A stretch of 64,000 nt of DNA from Pecten maximus (GCF_902652985.1 NC_047016.1:28086001-28150000); one strand, 5' to 3'. Positions 11,201 to 24,700 are shown, numbered from the stretch's first letter. The notes: generated by a model not told the origin, from the letters alone. A program made the numbers and translations.

Positions 11201-14200
11201 ACAGAAACAGGCTTTTGATGAAATCCTTGCCCCTATCTACCAGAAACTTTCAGAACCAGGCAAGTTAAATCACCTACACTTGATACCATTGATTGCAATT
11301 TGGTATCATATAAACAGAAATTAGATTATTCTATCGGGAGGGGGGAGAATGGTTCACATTCAAGGAAAATCTACTTTAAATCGTATTGCATAAATAATTT
11401 CCAGATATTTATGTTAAAAAGAGTATATTTGTTTTAATGTTTTATCATTATTTTTTAACGTCTTTGTATTTTAACGACTTCCAACACCTTTATTACCGAT
11501 AGTTTAAAAAATCAAAACAGAAAAATTTGTTACATACATACTTATGCATATACATGTATATTCATCTAATATTTGAATGACAAAATAAGATATAAAACAT
11601 TAACAGAACTTTAATATAACATTTCTTTCCCAACAGTGGAAACAGTAAGTAGCTGCTGAATGTGCTCATTTGTGACATGTAATGTACATCTAGTGTGGCT
11701 CATAAACTCTGTGTCTTGTTTGGTGTCTGCAACCACAACACAGCGTAACATGTATTGTTTTTATTGTGTGTCCGTATAGTCATAACCAAATGTGTCTATA
11801 GTTTTCTATAAAACATCATATAATGATCTACATGTACAATGTATATGTTTGATTGATAACAAGTCAGTTTTAAAAATTTATCAATAAGTAAATAATTAAT
11901 CACTATAATGTCAAAATCATAAAAAAAAATTGTTATCTAATGTTAAATGAAAAAGACAGATTTTTAAAACCCAACTTGACTTTAAACATTTTAAAAGATG
12001 AATTGCCAAAAATCTGGATCTAACAGGACATTTGAAAGGATATGGAAATGAATTTCAGGGTTTTGAAGTATAGTTCAAAGATGTAATGGGGCATTATGAA
12101 TGTTTAAAATTCTGAACATTACTTATATATTTGTTCTGCAAGATTGTAATGATGCTTATATGTTGAAGCTGGTTCACAGATTTTTTTATAACTATAACTA
12201 TTTTTTTATTTGATACAGGCTGACAAAGAATGATTATTAATAAACGTGTTTCATAATTGTTGTAATAGAAGAAAGTTTAATATCTATTTTTACCTGGTCC
12301 ATTACCTGTATAAAACATATTTGGAGTGATTGAGTGTTGTACTAGGCTTGCCTTGCAGCATGCATGCATCGGCTGATAATGGGTGATTTGGTTTTGAATG
12401 CCTACAACAAGCACAAATAGTGTTCCTAAAAACCTTAATGACTTTATCTGTGTTATTGTGATGATAAAACCATGGGTGAAAGTGTCAGATTCTTGAAATA
12501 CTGAAATATCTGTAGTATTTGCCATAATTTAACATCCATATCAATCATATCAGGGAAAATATTTCTAGAATATAAATACTGAACTTACCAAGGGTAGTAT
12601 TAATACTGAACACTTTCGCACATGTAAAAGCTTTAGATCTAATTTGAACAGAGTCAAAGAAGATTAACCAAGTACATATTTATCCAATTCTGAGTTTTAG
12701 ATCTAGTCTGAAGAAAGAATCATTTAGACTATATATAAAATCATACTAAAATCAATTGTTTTATATTACAGCAAACCTATTAGATCTACAAAAGACATAA
12801 TTGTTATTCTTTTATTGTAAATATGTTTTGATTAACCATATAGATGCCTAACTCAGTGTGTCCAATCACAAAATAATTTAAAACTACCAAAAATGTTAGA
12901 ATTTCTACTATCCGAAAGTCTCTACAAAAAGTTGGAATTTCTACGATCAGAAAGTCTCTAGAATAATGAACCACCAATTAAGTGACATGGTCAAATGGCA
13001 GAGTGATCAATTTTATCTTGCACAGTTACTGTAAACATAAATTTGAAGGTTTCAAAAGCAAGTGAAGAGAAATGCACAGGTGTTATAAGAATTAATGTAG
13101 GAGAGTAATGTAACCACACAAATATATCGGATCAGTCTGTCACAATCAATGTCCATATTTTTGTGAGGATTTTGTCAACAAGATATCACTTTTAAAGTTT
13201 TATAGCAATATCAAGGCTAGTATGACAAGTCTATCATTGAGGACTGCTTAGTGCTAGATAAACCATAACTCGTTTGTTTACATGATCTTTAGAAGTAATG
13301 AGATGTTCAATGTTTCTGTTCGCTATATTAGTGTTTTGGACAGATCAGTCGTAATCAGTAAATGACACATACTCGTTTCATGAGTGACACACAGGTTGTG
13401 ATGGTGTTGCATGCATCCCTTTATATATATGTGCCACATCTTCCCCACTTCCCTCGACCTGTGGTGATTATCTATCTGTGCCTGCAATCTTCCACTCTAC
13501 TCACTCTATACTGTCACCATACTGTCAAATAAGGTCTTTGTCTTGGTTCGCGTTTATCAACCAAACTTTTACCTTTTTGCATATGGATATTAATTATTAT
13601 CAAACAATTGCTATTCTTAGTGCAATCATGATGAATATTTATATCAAACAACAAATTGTTGGATGCACACAATACAGCTATGAGATCAATACTGCATTTT
13701 GATTTAGCACATTTAGAATTTATTTTTTTACTGCTGCTGCAAGTTGAAGATCATAAGCATATGCTATGTTTATCAATACTGGATAGTATATTTTAAAATA
13801 AGCAAATATATGGACTAGATTACTTTTCCATTCAATTAAAAGGTAAAAGCCCTAAATCAGATATCTAAATATTTGTCGGTTAATGCATGTATGTAATGCG
13901 CTGTATATGGGCCGGCATACAATAATTGTGTGATGCTCTTTAAAAAAAAATTTCTAGCATCCTCATGACCCAACGGAATCGGGTAATATTTTCATAACCT
14001 TCCTTCTTTTGTGTTTAAACAGTCAGCTTTTTGACTGCAAAAAACTGTATCCAAATTTGCTGAATTGATCTACTTTGTAGCTTCCCAGGGGTGAGTGGGA
14101 AAATGCAAGAACAGGAAGAATATTATGTACAGGATGTGATTAGACTTAGAATATTTGCTTTAATTTCTAAGGTGACCAACAAAGCCCATAGACTTCTTGT

Positions 14201-16891
14201 TTTCTGCCCCTGGCCATCAGATAGTTGGTTGCAGAAATATTGTCCTTCATCTGTCATCCTTCCATCCTTAAAAAATCTTATCTCCATTTCTTGAGAAGTA
14301 CTGAAGGATCTTTCTCAAACTATGTATATGTTAGTTTCCCTTGGACCCCAAATGTTCAGGTTTGATTTTGAGACTGATTAGAAAAACAAAATGGCCAACA
14401 TAATGTCATTATTGAGTTTGATATTAAAAGTTTGGTTGGTGTCACTATGTGCGTTTCTGTGACAATATGGCCATCTTGAATTTTGATATTTACAATTTGT
14501 TATTCAAATATACATACAATTATTAATAATTTGATTTTCAAGCCATTTTGTGAGAAAGACAACTAAAATCAAAATACAAATAATGGTCACATTGGTAGAT
14601 CTGTTTGCAGATTTTTATAAGTAGGTTACTTTTGGTGAATATGTAACTACATGACTTATCCATGCAATAGGCAGTACTGTCATATGATACAATAAATAAG
14701 AAAACAAAAACAAGATAAATTATCATATTACATAGAAACAATATTGATCATATAACAGTGATCTCCCAGACCCTGTGCATGTCGTATTACGGTGATCTCC
14801 CAGACCCTCTAGGATGTCGTATTACGGTGAACTCCCAGACCCTCTAGGATGTCGTATTATGGTGATCTCCCAGACCCTCTGGGATGTCCTATTACGGTGA
14901 TCTCCCAGACACTCTAGGTTGTATTACTGTGATCTCCCAGACCCTCTGGGACGTCGTATTACAGTGATCTCCCAGACCCTCTGGGACGTCGTATTACGAT
15001 GATCTCCCAGACCCTCTGGGATGTCATAGTACGGTGATCTCCCAGACCCTCTGGGACGTCGTATTACGATGATCTCCCAGACCCTCTAGGATGTCGTATT
15101 ACAGTGATCTCCCAGACCCCTCTGGGATGTCATATTACGGTGATCTCCCACACCCTCTAGGATGTCCTATTACGGTGATCTCCCAGACCCTCTGGGATGT
15201 CGTATTACTGTGATCTCCCAGACCCTCTAGGATGTCATATTACGTTGATCTCCCAGGTGACTGTGGGATGTCCTATTACGTTGATCTCCCAGACCCTCTG
15301 GGACGTCCTATTACGGTGATCTCCCAGACCCTCTAGGATGTCATATTACGGTGATCTCCCAGACCCTCTGGGATGTCGTATTACAGTGATCTCCCAGACC
15401 CTCTGGGATGTCATATTACGGTGAACTCCCAGACCCTGTGGGATGTCATATTACTGTGATCTCCCAGACCCTCTAGGATGTCGTATTACGGTGATCTCCC
15501 AGACCCTCTGGGATGTAGTATTACGGTGATCTCCCAGACCCTCTGGGACGTCGTATTACGATGATCTGCCAGACCCTCTGGGATGACGTATTATGGTGAT
15601 CTCCCAGACCCTCTGGGACGTCGTATTACGATAATCTGCCAGACCCTCTGGGATGACGTATTATGGTGATCTCCCAGACCCTCTGGGACGTCGTATTACG
15701 ATGATCTGCCAGACCCTCTAGGATGTCGTATTATGGTGATCTCCCAGACACTCTAGGATGTCGTATTACTGTGATCTCCCAGACCCTCTGGGACGTCCTA
15801 TTACGGTGATTTCCCAGACCCTCTAAGATGTCCTATTACGGTGATCTCCCAGACCCTCTGGGATGTCGTATTATGGTGATCTCCCAGACCCTCTGGGATG
15901 ACGTATTATGGTGATCTCCCAGACCCTCTGGGATGACGTATTATGGTGATCTCCCAGACCCTCTGGGATGTCATATTACTGTGATCTCCCAGACCCTCTG
16001 GGATGTCGTATTATGGTGATCTCCCAGACCCTCTGGGATGTCGTATTACAGTGATCTCCCAGACCCTTCTGGGATGTTGTATTACGGTGATCTCCCAAAC
16101 GCTCTGGGGATGTCATATTACGGTCATTATTACGGTGATCTCCAGACCCTGTGGGACGTCGTATTATGGTGATCTCCCAGACCCTGTGGGAGGTCGTATT
16201 ATGGTGATCTCCCAGACCCTCTAGGAGGTCATATTACGGTGATCTACCAGACCCTGTGGGATGTCATATTAGGGTGATCTCCGAGACCCTCTGGGATGTC
16301 ATATTACTGTGATCTCCCAGACCCTCTGGGATGTCCTATTACGGTGATCTCCCAGACACTCTAGGATGTCGTATTACTGTGATCTCCCAGACCCTCTGGG
16401 ACGTCGTATTATGGTGATCTCCCAGACCCTCTGGGATGTCCTATTACGGTGATCTCCCAGACACTCTAGGGATGTCGTATTACTGTGATCTCCCAGACCC
16501 TCTGGGATGGGGTCCGCTGGGATGTCCTATTACAGTGATTTCCCAGACCCTCTGGGATGTCATATTACAGTGATCTCCCAGACCCTCTTGGATCACCACT
16601 TTTAGTTCTTGTTGGGATGCCCTAATGCAAGCAAGATAATCAATTCCAGTTCATTTTTTAATCAATTCCATCTTATATTCCAATTCCAGATCATTTTGTT
16701 TATATTTGTGTACACTTGAGTTGTTCAAATCATTGATATTGGTCTTCATTTTTAATGATGATAAAATGACTGTAGCTATCATATAATGAACAAAATGAAT
16801 CACTACAAATTCTAAGTAAATATTTAAAGATATATATTGAAATGTTTATTTTCTTTATTCTTTAGCCACAGAGAGGCCAGAAAAAAAGTAG
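8277..16891 (+). CDS. ANKRD45: Ankyrin repeat domain-containing protein 45-like; exons 8277-8580, 9830-9997, 10694-10788, 11121-11259, 16866-16891
   Basis: Phase-consistent exons: MTNETP...DEDGKTPLDVAATLGRVDIAKELITRGADVNSVTTKG|YCSLHHASAWGRIGVLKVLIEAQA...ERPRETALRYNQTECVDYLDWA|EARVALQDAI...DPEKVQGRLTKDDK|NLTLNTCKEKTEWI...KLSEP|ATERPEKK*. Two ankyrin repeats plus a helical C-terminus recalled as ANKRD45-like. Last intron has a GC donor (CAG|GCAAGT); terminal exon less certain; AATAAA at ~17170. Confidence 0.8.
9105..9360 (+). mobile_element. Degenerate tRNA-derived SINE-like fragments
   Basis: A-box-like segments (tagcttgcaaattgattggtagag; gataactcaaatggttagag) and a ttctctcctgttacac end; heavily decayed. 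Confidence 0.3.
14755..16598. repeat. 35-bp minisatellite (~52 copies), consensus gtgatctcccagaccctctgggatgtcgtattacg
   Basis: Directly visible head-to-tail array in the last ANKRD45 intron; each unit has a 7-bp inverted repeat tcccaga-ccc-tctggga. Confidence 0.97.
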
Positions 16892-18669
16892 ATAAGACTT
16901 GTATGTTGGACATGGAAGTTGGCATCCAGTGATTTGTCATGCTACAATAGAAGAGCTACATTGACACAAACATACAGTCCAGATGTCGGCATGCTTGGAA
17001 AAGACACACAATAACAATTACACTGTGAAAGTGAATATGATATATAACCTGATAGACTGAAGTCTGAACAAACTATACCGTCCATTTTTTATTTATTTTC
17101 AGTTCTTCATGTTTTAAAACAATGTAACTCAATTTGTCACATATTCTACAAAATGTTTTATCTTTATCAAATAAAATGTCTTTAAGAAATGAAATATCTT
17201 TGGTATCAAGCATTTTATCTTCCTACTAATGCAAGTTATCAGTGAAATAATCTTCCTTCTTCTATTTTTTTTTGTGACATAGAGGATATACACATATGTA
17301 CTGAATCAATGAGGATGACTCGATCACAAGCACAAGTTACAATGTATCAATGGTCTTATTGGAAGGACAAACATGTGATATAATATAATCAAGTAAAGCC
17401 TCTACCATGTGTAAAAGTTTTAGTATTAAAGTCTCTGGAAGGCTTATTTGTGTAACTATTTAGCTTTTTTATAATTAATGAAGGTGGCTTCTTTGAAGGC
17501 GGGGGTTTACTTGCGGATAAATACCCAGTTTCTCTCTATATACACTTAATGGTTACCCTTCTCACATATACTCAATAAGACCATAGATACATTGTACCGT
17601 GTGTCTGTGTCTCACTGATTGACAGTCTATATATACAGCTGAGATGGCATAGACTAAATATGCACATATAATTAATAATATATGTACAATTATTAATAAT
17701 TTGTTTTTCAAGCGATTGTGTGAGAAAGACAACTAAAATACAAATACAGTTTACATATTGAGGATTATGTTGTTTATATAACCGGTATACTGATATTGAC
17801 TGGGCTGGACTGAAAAATAGCTTCACATCCAGGAAAGAATGTGGACAATTCCAGAATTCTAGAGTATTGATAGCAAATATGGTCTGGAATATACCACAAC
17901 AAACACTGAAATGTAATAACAAGTTCAATGTTTTCTATTTACATCACAATCATCAACATTGTATTAACTGATTAAAATATGTGACTATTTACTGCCATGC
18001 AAAAATATAAAATAATATATAAAAAGTAAACAATACCCATATCAATGTACCAACATACAAAAAGTATCAATATAAAAAAAAAAACAATAATGTATGTACA
18101 TTTGTATATACCAAACTGGCATGTTTTCAAGATCTAGGCAAAGGTGTGAATTCAGCCCATTGTAAATGCATAATTATTTGGATGGATATATAATGTTTCT
18201 TAAAAATGTTACACAAACTATTGTGGTAAAACAGTACAATGTATATTCATTTTAAACCCATTATTAGTTAATGAAATTTTTACATGTATGTATATAAACT
18301 GCAATTCACACAACCTAAAAATATCAAACTACATACACAGATTCACTCCAAATTTGGACTATATTTCTTTGCCCATTTAAAACAAGGCGATTACTGTATC
18401 GACTGGTGCTTTTAAAAGCAATATCCAACACCTGTATCAGTAATAATCACTAATTTTGACATCTCAAATTAACATTGCAGTGTTCACTGACATTACTAAT
18501 ATAGACTAGAAAAAAATTATTTACAATATATTTTGACATTTGATCATATTGGAAATATAGGATAACACAATCCATCTGTAGGAATGAGGTTTAGATATAG
18601 TCCTTTAAAACAAAAGGTTGTAATAACAAAGAAAGTATCAAGTGAATCTCAGATTTTTCATCTCTCCAG

Positions 18670-18903
18670 GACCCAGTTGTTCAAATGGTGATTAGCTTAA
18701 TCGCTTGATTAGTGAAAATCTCATTTCTCCTTTACTTCAAATCTGATGTGTTCATATTCTTCAAAATAAGCAGGTAGGAAGAGACTGACAAAGTGTTATA
18801 GTTTCATGAATTTGGTCAAGTGTGTTTTACCAGAAATGATTTTATCATGATTGTAATGTTGTTAAACTGTAATTAGCCTAATCACCTTTTGAACAACTGG
18901 GCC
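18670..18903. mobile_element. MITE, PIF/Harbinger-like
   Basis: TIRs gacccagttgttcaaatggtgattag / ctaatcaccttttgaacaactgggcc; 3-bp TSD CAG at 18667-18669 and 18904-18906. Confidence 0.8.
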
Positions 18904-20225
18904 CAGTACGATTATCTAAACCTCAACCAAGCAAAGACAAATTGGTAACAAACAGTCATTTACGTAAATATTGACTACTTTAATGTACTCGTATTCAAAA
19001 TATAAACAATATTTAAGTATAGACTTAAAATAGTCAATAAATCTTACAAGCTAATAAAACTTTAATCTCCATAAATAGACAAACACCAACAACTTGATAT
19101 TAATGACTGCTTAATTTCAATTGAGATCCATAAAAAAGTAAAACACTCCTGAGGCCCGGGTTAAAAATCATAAGCAGACTGCAACACCCCAGGCCACTGC
19201 TTCAATATAATCAAATATTAACTCTGGAGTATAAAGGATTACAGACTGTAATACACACGGAAACTAGTCTGTTACAAATTCTGCTGAGTATGTTGAAAAG
19301 CTTATGTCACTTCAAAACTTACAAGTTGTTGCTAAATAAATGGAAATCTGCCAAACAACCAAAGTAAATTTCCATCTGGAATCCTTTTAAAAATAACCTA
19401 CATGTACGATAAAGTAATGACTTTCAAAAGGTTTAAATTTTTAATAGCTGACTTGCGGTTCCTCCCCAACACATTAAGATTTAAAAATTCAAATCATGTC
19501 GTTCCGTCATACTGGTTGTTACTTCACCTTGCCATGATACTAATATTTTCAAACTTCTCAGAAAATCTCACCCATATCATGATAGCAATTCCTTGGAAAA
19601 CTATGTCAATTTTCACAGTGGAGGGAAGCATTGCCCAACGATCAAAAGAAATTACATGTATTGTGATTTTTCCAGACAGCGATATAGGAATGATAAAAGT
19701 ACCAGTAATTCAACCTTTGCTAATTCCATTCTGAGAGCATTTAATTTTTCCCTCACAACTATCTGGTAAGTAAAACATGTAACCATCAAACATGTTTAAA
19801 AAATCATTTTTGAAGAAAAATATAAGATTCATGTTTTAAAAAGCAATTAAAAAATAAACATTTGTATATCTGGTACACTCATAGTTTTATCTAACGAGAT
19901 CCCCAGTCATATAAATATACACACATAATGTAAGTCACGAATGTTGACATCATACCATTAGTCTGAGAATACTATTGAACTGTCCCTTAAAAGAAAAATT
20001 GTTTTCCTTAATTAATTGGTACTGAAGCTCATTGTTTTCTTGATTTAAAAAAATTAACGTTTGAATCAATAGAAATGTAGAATTTTGAATCTAGGATATT
20101 GACCTTTAACCTATATCCTATGGCCTCAAAATGTAGTTATGTAGATTATTTTTGTTTACTACATGTATTAAGATTGGCACCTTTAAATACCCCAACAGAC
20201 AACGTAGTAAGAATCCTTCATAGAG

Positions 20226-20447
20226 TTTGTTTGTTTGTTTTTATTTAACGTCCTATTAACAGCCAGGGTCATTTAAGGACATGCCAGGTTTTGGAGGTGG
20301 AGGAAAGCCGGAGTACCCGGAGAAAAACCACCGGCCTACGGTCAGTACCTGGCAACTGCCCCACGTAGGATTCGAACTCGCAACCCAGTGGTGGAGGGCT
20401 AGTGTTAAAGTGTCGGTACACCTTAACCACTCGGCCACCGCGGCCCC
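20226..20447 (-). mobile_element. tRNA-derived V-SINE
   Basis: Minus strand: A box TGGCCGAGTGG, B box GTTCGAATCC, V-domain-like GGTTTTTCTCCGGGTACTCCGGCTTTCCTCCAC, (AAAC)n tail; 12-bp TSD tccttcatagag at 20214-20225 and 20448-20459. Confidence 0.9.
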
Positions 20448-20854
20448 TCCTTCATAGAGACATTCATACATACCATTGTAATCTTCACCAATGGTCTTTA
20501 TCTTGCATAAATTTTAAGTAACACCTGATTCATATGTAAATGTCTGCAATACTGATTTAAAGATTTTGTTACAGAACAAACTATATTTTTACCACATGGC
20601 CTTCAATAACATCAAAGAGAATACACTGTCAATACCAGTTTAATCTTTCTTCAACAATATTTTTCCAGTACACCCATTTTACAGCTATGTACATTGTATA
20701 TGCATTTCCATTGTTTCCTGCTAGCTACAGCCACATCATTTTTATAAGGTATGTTGATTAAATGTCTATTTACATCAAATTCAATGACTACTATACTGCC
20801 TAGATAATAATGCCGATGTGATATAATATTTTTCGAGAAATAGACAAACATTCA

Positions 20855-21350
20855 TTTAAGCATTGGACGGCTTTCATAAAGCCGTTCAATGCTTATATTT
20901 ACCATCTGCGATTTTTCATTTGTTGTGCGATTTTTTTTTGAAATTTTCAAATTCAAATTTCAGTTGGCAGTTCATAAGCTGGTGAACTCGCATCTGAATT
21001 GGTAGGGTTATATAGTGGCAGTGCCATACAATGGTAAATATTTAAGCATTGAACGGCTTTCAGTTGGCATTCATAGTCAATATGAATGCCAACTGGACAG
21101 AGGCAAATTCAACATGAAGCGCACTAGCGCTTCATGTTGAATTTGCCTCTGTCCAGTTGGCATTCATATTGACTATGAATGCCAACTGAAAGCCGTCCAA
21201 TGCTTATATTTACCATCTGCGATTTTTTATTTGTCGTGCGATTTTTTTTGAAATTTTCAAATTCAAATTTCAGTTGGCAGTTCATAAGCTGGTGAACTCG
21301 CAACTGAATTGGTAGGGTTATATAGTGGCAGTGCCATACAATGGTAAATA
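20855..21350. mobile_element. Fold-back element dimer with a central 164-bp palindrome
   Basis: Two direct ~150-bp copies (atatttaccatctgcg...caatggtaaata) separated by a palindrome at 21043-21206 (80-bp arms, 4-nt loop); a third, inverted copy lies at ~60590-60812. Confidence 0.85.
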
Positions 21351-21759
21351 TAAAGATATAAATACGGTTTGTATACGGGGCCTTGTAAACAGTCATACAT
21401 TATAAGACTGGAACATATAAATCCATATCCCAATCTCAAAAAAGTTTATATCTGGCATTGTTGGACTTTATTCATGATATTGAACACACATTCATGATAT
21501 TGAACACACATGTACAACTACATGTAACTGCATGACGGAGTATTTTTAATCATATATCTTCCATGTAAATTGATAAAATATTTATGTTTGTTAGGGTTGA
21601 TAAGAGTGGTATTTTTAAAAACTATACTAGTCTCTGATATTAGTTCCTCTTCACACAATTTACTTAGCAAATGCCCCCTAAACTCTATACATGTATATAA
21701 AATATCATGCAGCAAATTCCAGTACAATAGCTAAGTTCAACTTAGATCTCTGCAACCTC

Positions 21760-24700
21760 TCACACTATTCCCAATTCTAGCAGTGGTTCAGGCCTATCAA
21801 ACCTGAACAGGTCTAAGTTAATAGCATGGAATTTGTCGTACAAAATGAGCTCCATCAAGGCATGCCCTATACATAATGCCTGCTGTACCCCATGTCCACT
21901 CATCCCATTGGCAAAGAAAAAGTTCTTGTGAAAAGGATGGGGGCCTATAATCAGATTCTGGTCAAAGGTGTTGTAGTCGTAGTAACCGGCCCATGCACTT
22001 TTCACCTGAAACAAATGATAATAAAGACATGCGAGTATATTATTATATGTGTACATATTTAACAAATATTGCATGGCACTGAGAGCAATATGGGAGTTTA
22101 TGGACTGGTCAGTCACCGAAAAATATGTATATGGACCGAAGCAAAACTAAGGTCCATATACATATATTTGGATGACAGACCAGCTAGTACATAAACTCCC
22201 ATTCTGACCTGAAGAAACATGCAATATTTGACATTATACCGAATCTACCCAACATAAGGTTGGTTTCATCCATGGACACAAATCTTTCAGACAACTACGA
22301 ACTGAATGAAGGGTATACAAAGGAAGATTACATCGTCTGGTATTATGACATCATAATATAAAATTATAGTGCCAGACTGTTGTCCTTGACTCCAGGCCTA
22401 CAGACAAAAATACAGATCCAGGCAACAATAAGCATCGTATAGACACCAAAATGAATGAGGTATCTTATATACAAATATTGTAATCGAAAATTTTAGATGG
22501 ACGGACAGAAGGGTTAATGTGCTAATTTCTTAAAATCAATAATGAACAGGGTTTGGGGAGTTTGAGTTATCAAATAACCTTTGAAACTGTTCAGCAGTTA
22601 GATTACATAAAAGTACAAATAGGACGTTTATGAAGACTTTTTAAAGGGCAAATACACCTATATACACTGCTGTGGTATCCAGAGACTCTCTAGTTGCAGT
22701 ATCAGTTTTTACCTATAAATGACTTTCCAATAACCTGGAGGCCAAAAGTCTTGTGATATGAGGTTAGTAGCATATTGGAATGAAGAACCATAAAGTTTGT
22801 TCAAATGAATAATCTTGACACATTTTCAAAGTCACAAGGGTCAAATGTGTTATAATCTTCTTCTCAATAAACAGTAAGGGCGATGAGAAATTAATTGTAA
22901 TGTACGTGTCAACTGAGGAGTTCTTAAATCTTTTAAAATGAAGGACCTTGACCAATTTTCAAAGTAACAGGCAAAATCTGGAAAAATTTTAACTAGAACT
23001 GTTGCCAGGATGGCTGACTAATACCCCCGCAATCTGCACGAGACATTTGTGAATTGGAACTGTTGATTAGAGGCTAACTAAGATAACCCAGTAATATAGT
23101 GACCAGTTGCCATAGCAAACATAATTTTGAGGAAAAGAAAGTGGCATGCACATCTACACATGGTCCTCTATATTTGTGTGAAGTTTCATTGAAATCGGCC
23201 CTTCAGTTTAGGAGGAGTTGTCCAGACAAACTTAAAGTTATGGTTCTTATCAGAAAACCTGTTTATAATGACCAGTTGCCATATCAACCATGATTTTGAG
23301 AAAAAGAAAGTGAGATGCACATCTACACATGGTCCTCTATATTTGTGTGAAGTTTCATTGAAATCGGTCCTTCGGTTTAAGAGGAATTGTCTGGACAAAC
23401 TTAAAATGGTTCTGATCGGAAAACCTGTTTATAGTGACCAGTTGCCATAGCAACCATAATTTTAAGGAAAAGAAAGTGAGATGCCCATCTACACATGTTC
23501 CTCTATATATTTGTGTGAAGTTTCATTGAAATCGGCTCTTCGGTTTAGGAGAATTTGTCCGGACAATCTTAAAGTTATGGTTTTTATTGGAAAACCTGTT
23601 TAAAGTGACCAGTTGCCATAGAAACCATAATTTTGAGGAAAAGAAATTCAGATGCACATCTACACATGGTCCTCTATATTTGTGTGAGGTTTCATTGAAA
23701 TCTGCTCTTCGGTTTAGGAGAATTTGTCCGGACAAACTTAAAGTTATTGTTCTTATCGGAAAACCTGTTTAAAGTGACCAGTTGCCATAGCAACCTTAAT
23801 TTTGAGAAAAAGAAGTGGCATGCACATGATCATTAATATTTGTGTGAAGTTTCATCGAATCGGCCCATCGGTTTAGGAGGAGTTGTCCGGACAAAAGGTG
23901 TCTACAGACAGACGGGCTGACGGACGGACGGACGGACGAAGAAACACAGGCGGAGGGACGGTCGGACAACCTGATTCCAGTATACCCCCCTAACTTCGTT
24001 GCGGGGGTATATTCCCCCCTAACTTCGTTGCGGGGGTATAAATACAATGTACCTTGATAAGTGAAAGGTCCGAGATAATATCTGACCAGAACAATGATGA
24101 AATGCTATGATGAAGCTTGTGAAAATGAGAAATGCTATGATGAAGCTTGTGAAAATGAGTGAACTTAACCTAACTTTAAGGTCACAGCAGTGAAATCTGC
24201 TAAATTATTCAACAATTTCTGATTTTCCAAGAATCCAAGCACCATTTGGTCAGATATATAATGGAATGAAGGTACAAAAAGTATTGGATTCTAAAGAATG
24301 ATCCATGAAATAAAATAGCTTAAAACTTTCATAAAGTGTATAATTATGAATTATTTATAAGAAAGACTCTCTTTTACCTTACCCACATTGAAAGTTGCAA
24401 GTCGCAGAGTCTGATAAAGATTTCAGCAATTCAGGCCCATTGGGCCTCTTGCTTATTACATGTGATGGCAAATACACATAGCATAATTATATCACACAGT
24501 GTAATTACAAGTAATGGCAAAATTATGAGACTATATCAATATGGATTTTATTGGTTCAGTCCGAGTCAATGATAGACAAAATATTCTTGGTACAGTAAGC
24601 AGTATTAAAGTGAATGCAAGCATATGGCACATTTTTCTTTTCTCTTTTTTTATTTCATGAAGTGAAAAGATATACATGCGTAGTTGCAATATTGAAATCC

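Noticed and set aside
14755-16598. CRISPR-like array (35-bp palindromic repeats)
   Set aside because: Units are head-to-tail with no unique spacers, there are no cas genes, and it lies in a eukaryotic intron: a minisatellite.
14510-17750. ~70-bp similarity between 14510-14580 and 17680-17750, plus small direct duplications at ~12897, ~21471 and ~24099
   Set aside because: Short AT-rich local duplications with no evident structure or function.
20370-20447. tRNA gene
   Set aside because: The A/B boxes belong to a SINE head followed by a V-domain, an (AAAC)n tail and TSDs; no complete cloverleaf.
23099-23772. Repeated short ORFs ([17 protein letters not shown])
   Set aside because: Translations of satellite cores in a Helitron-type element; frames are not maintained between copies.
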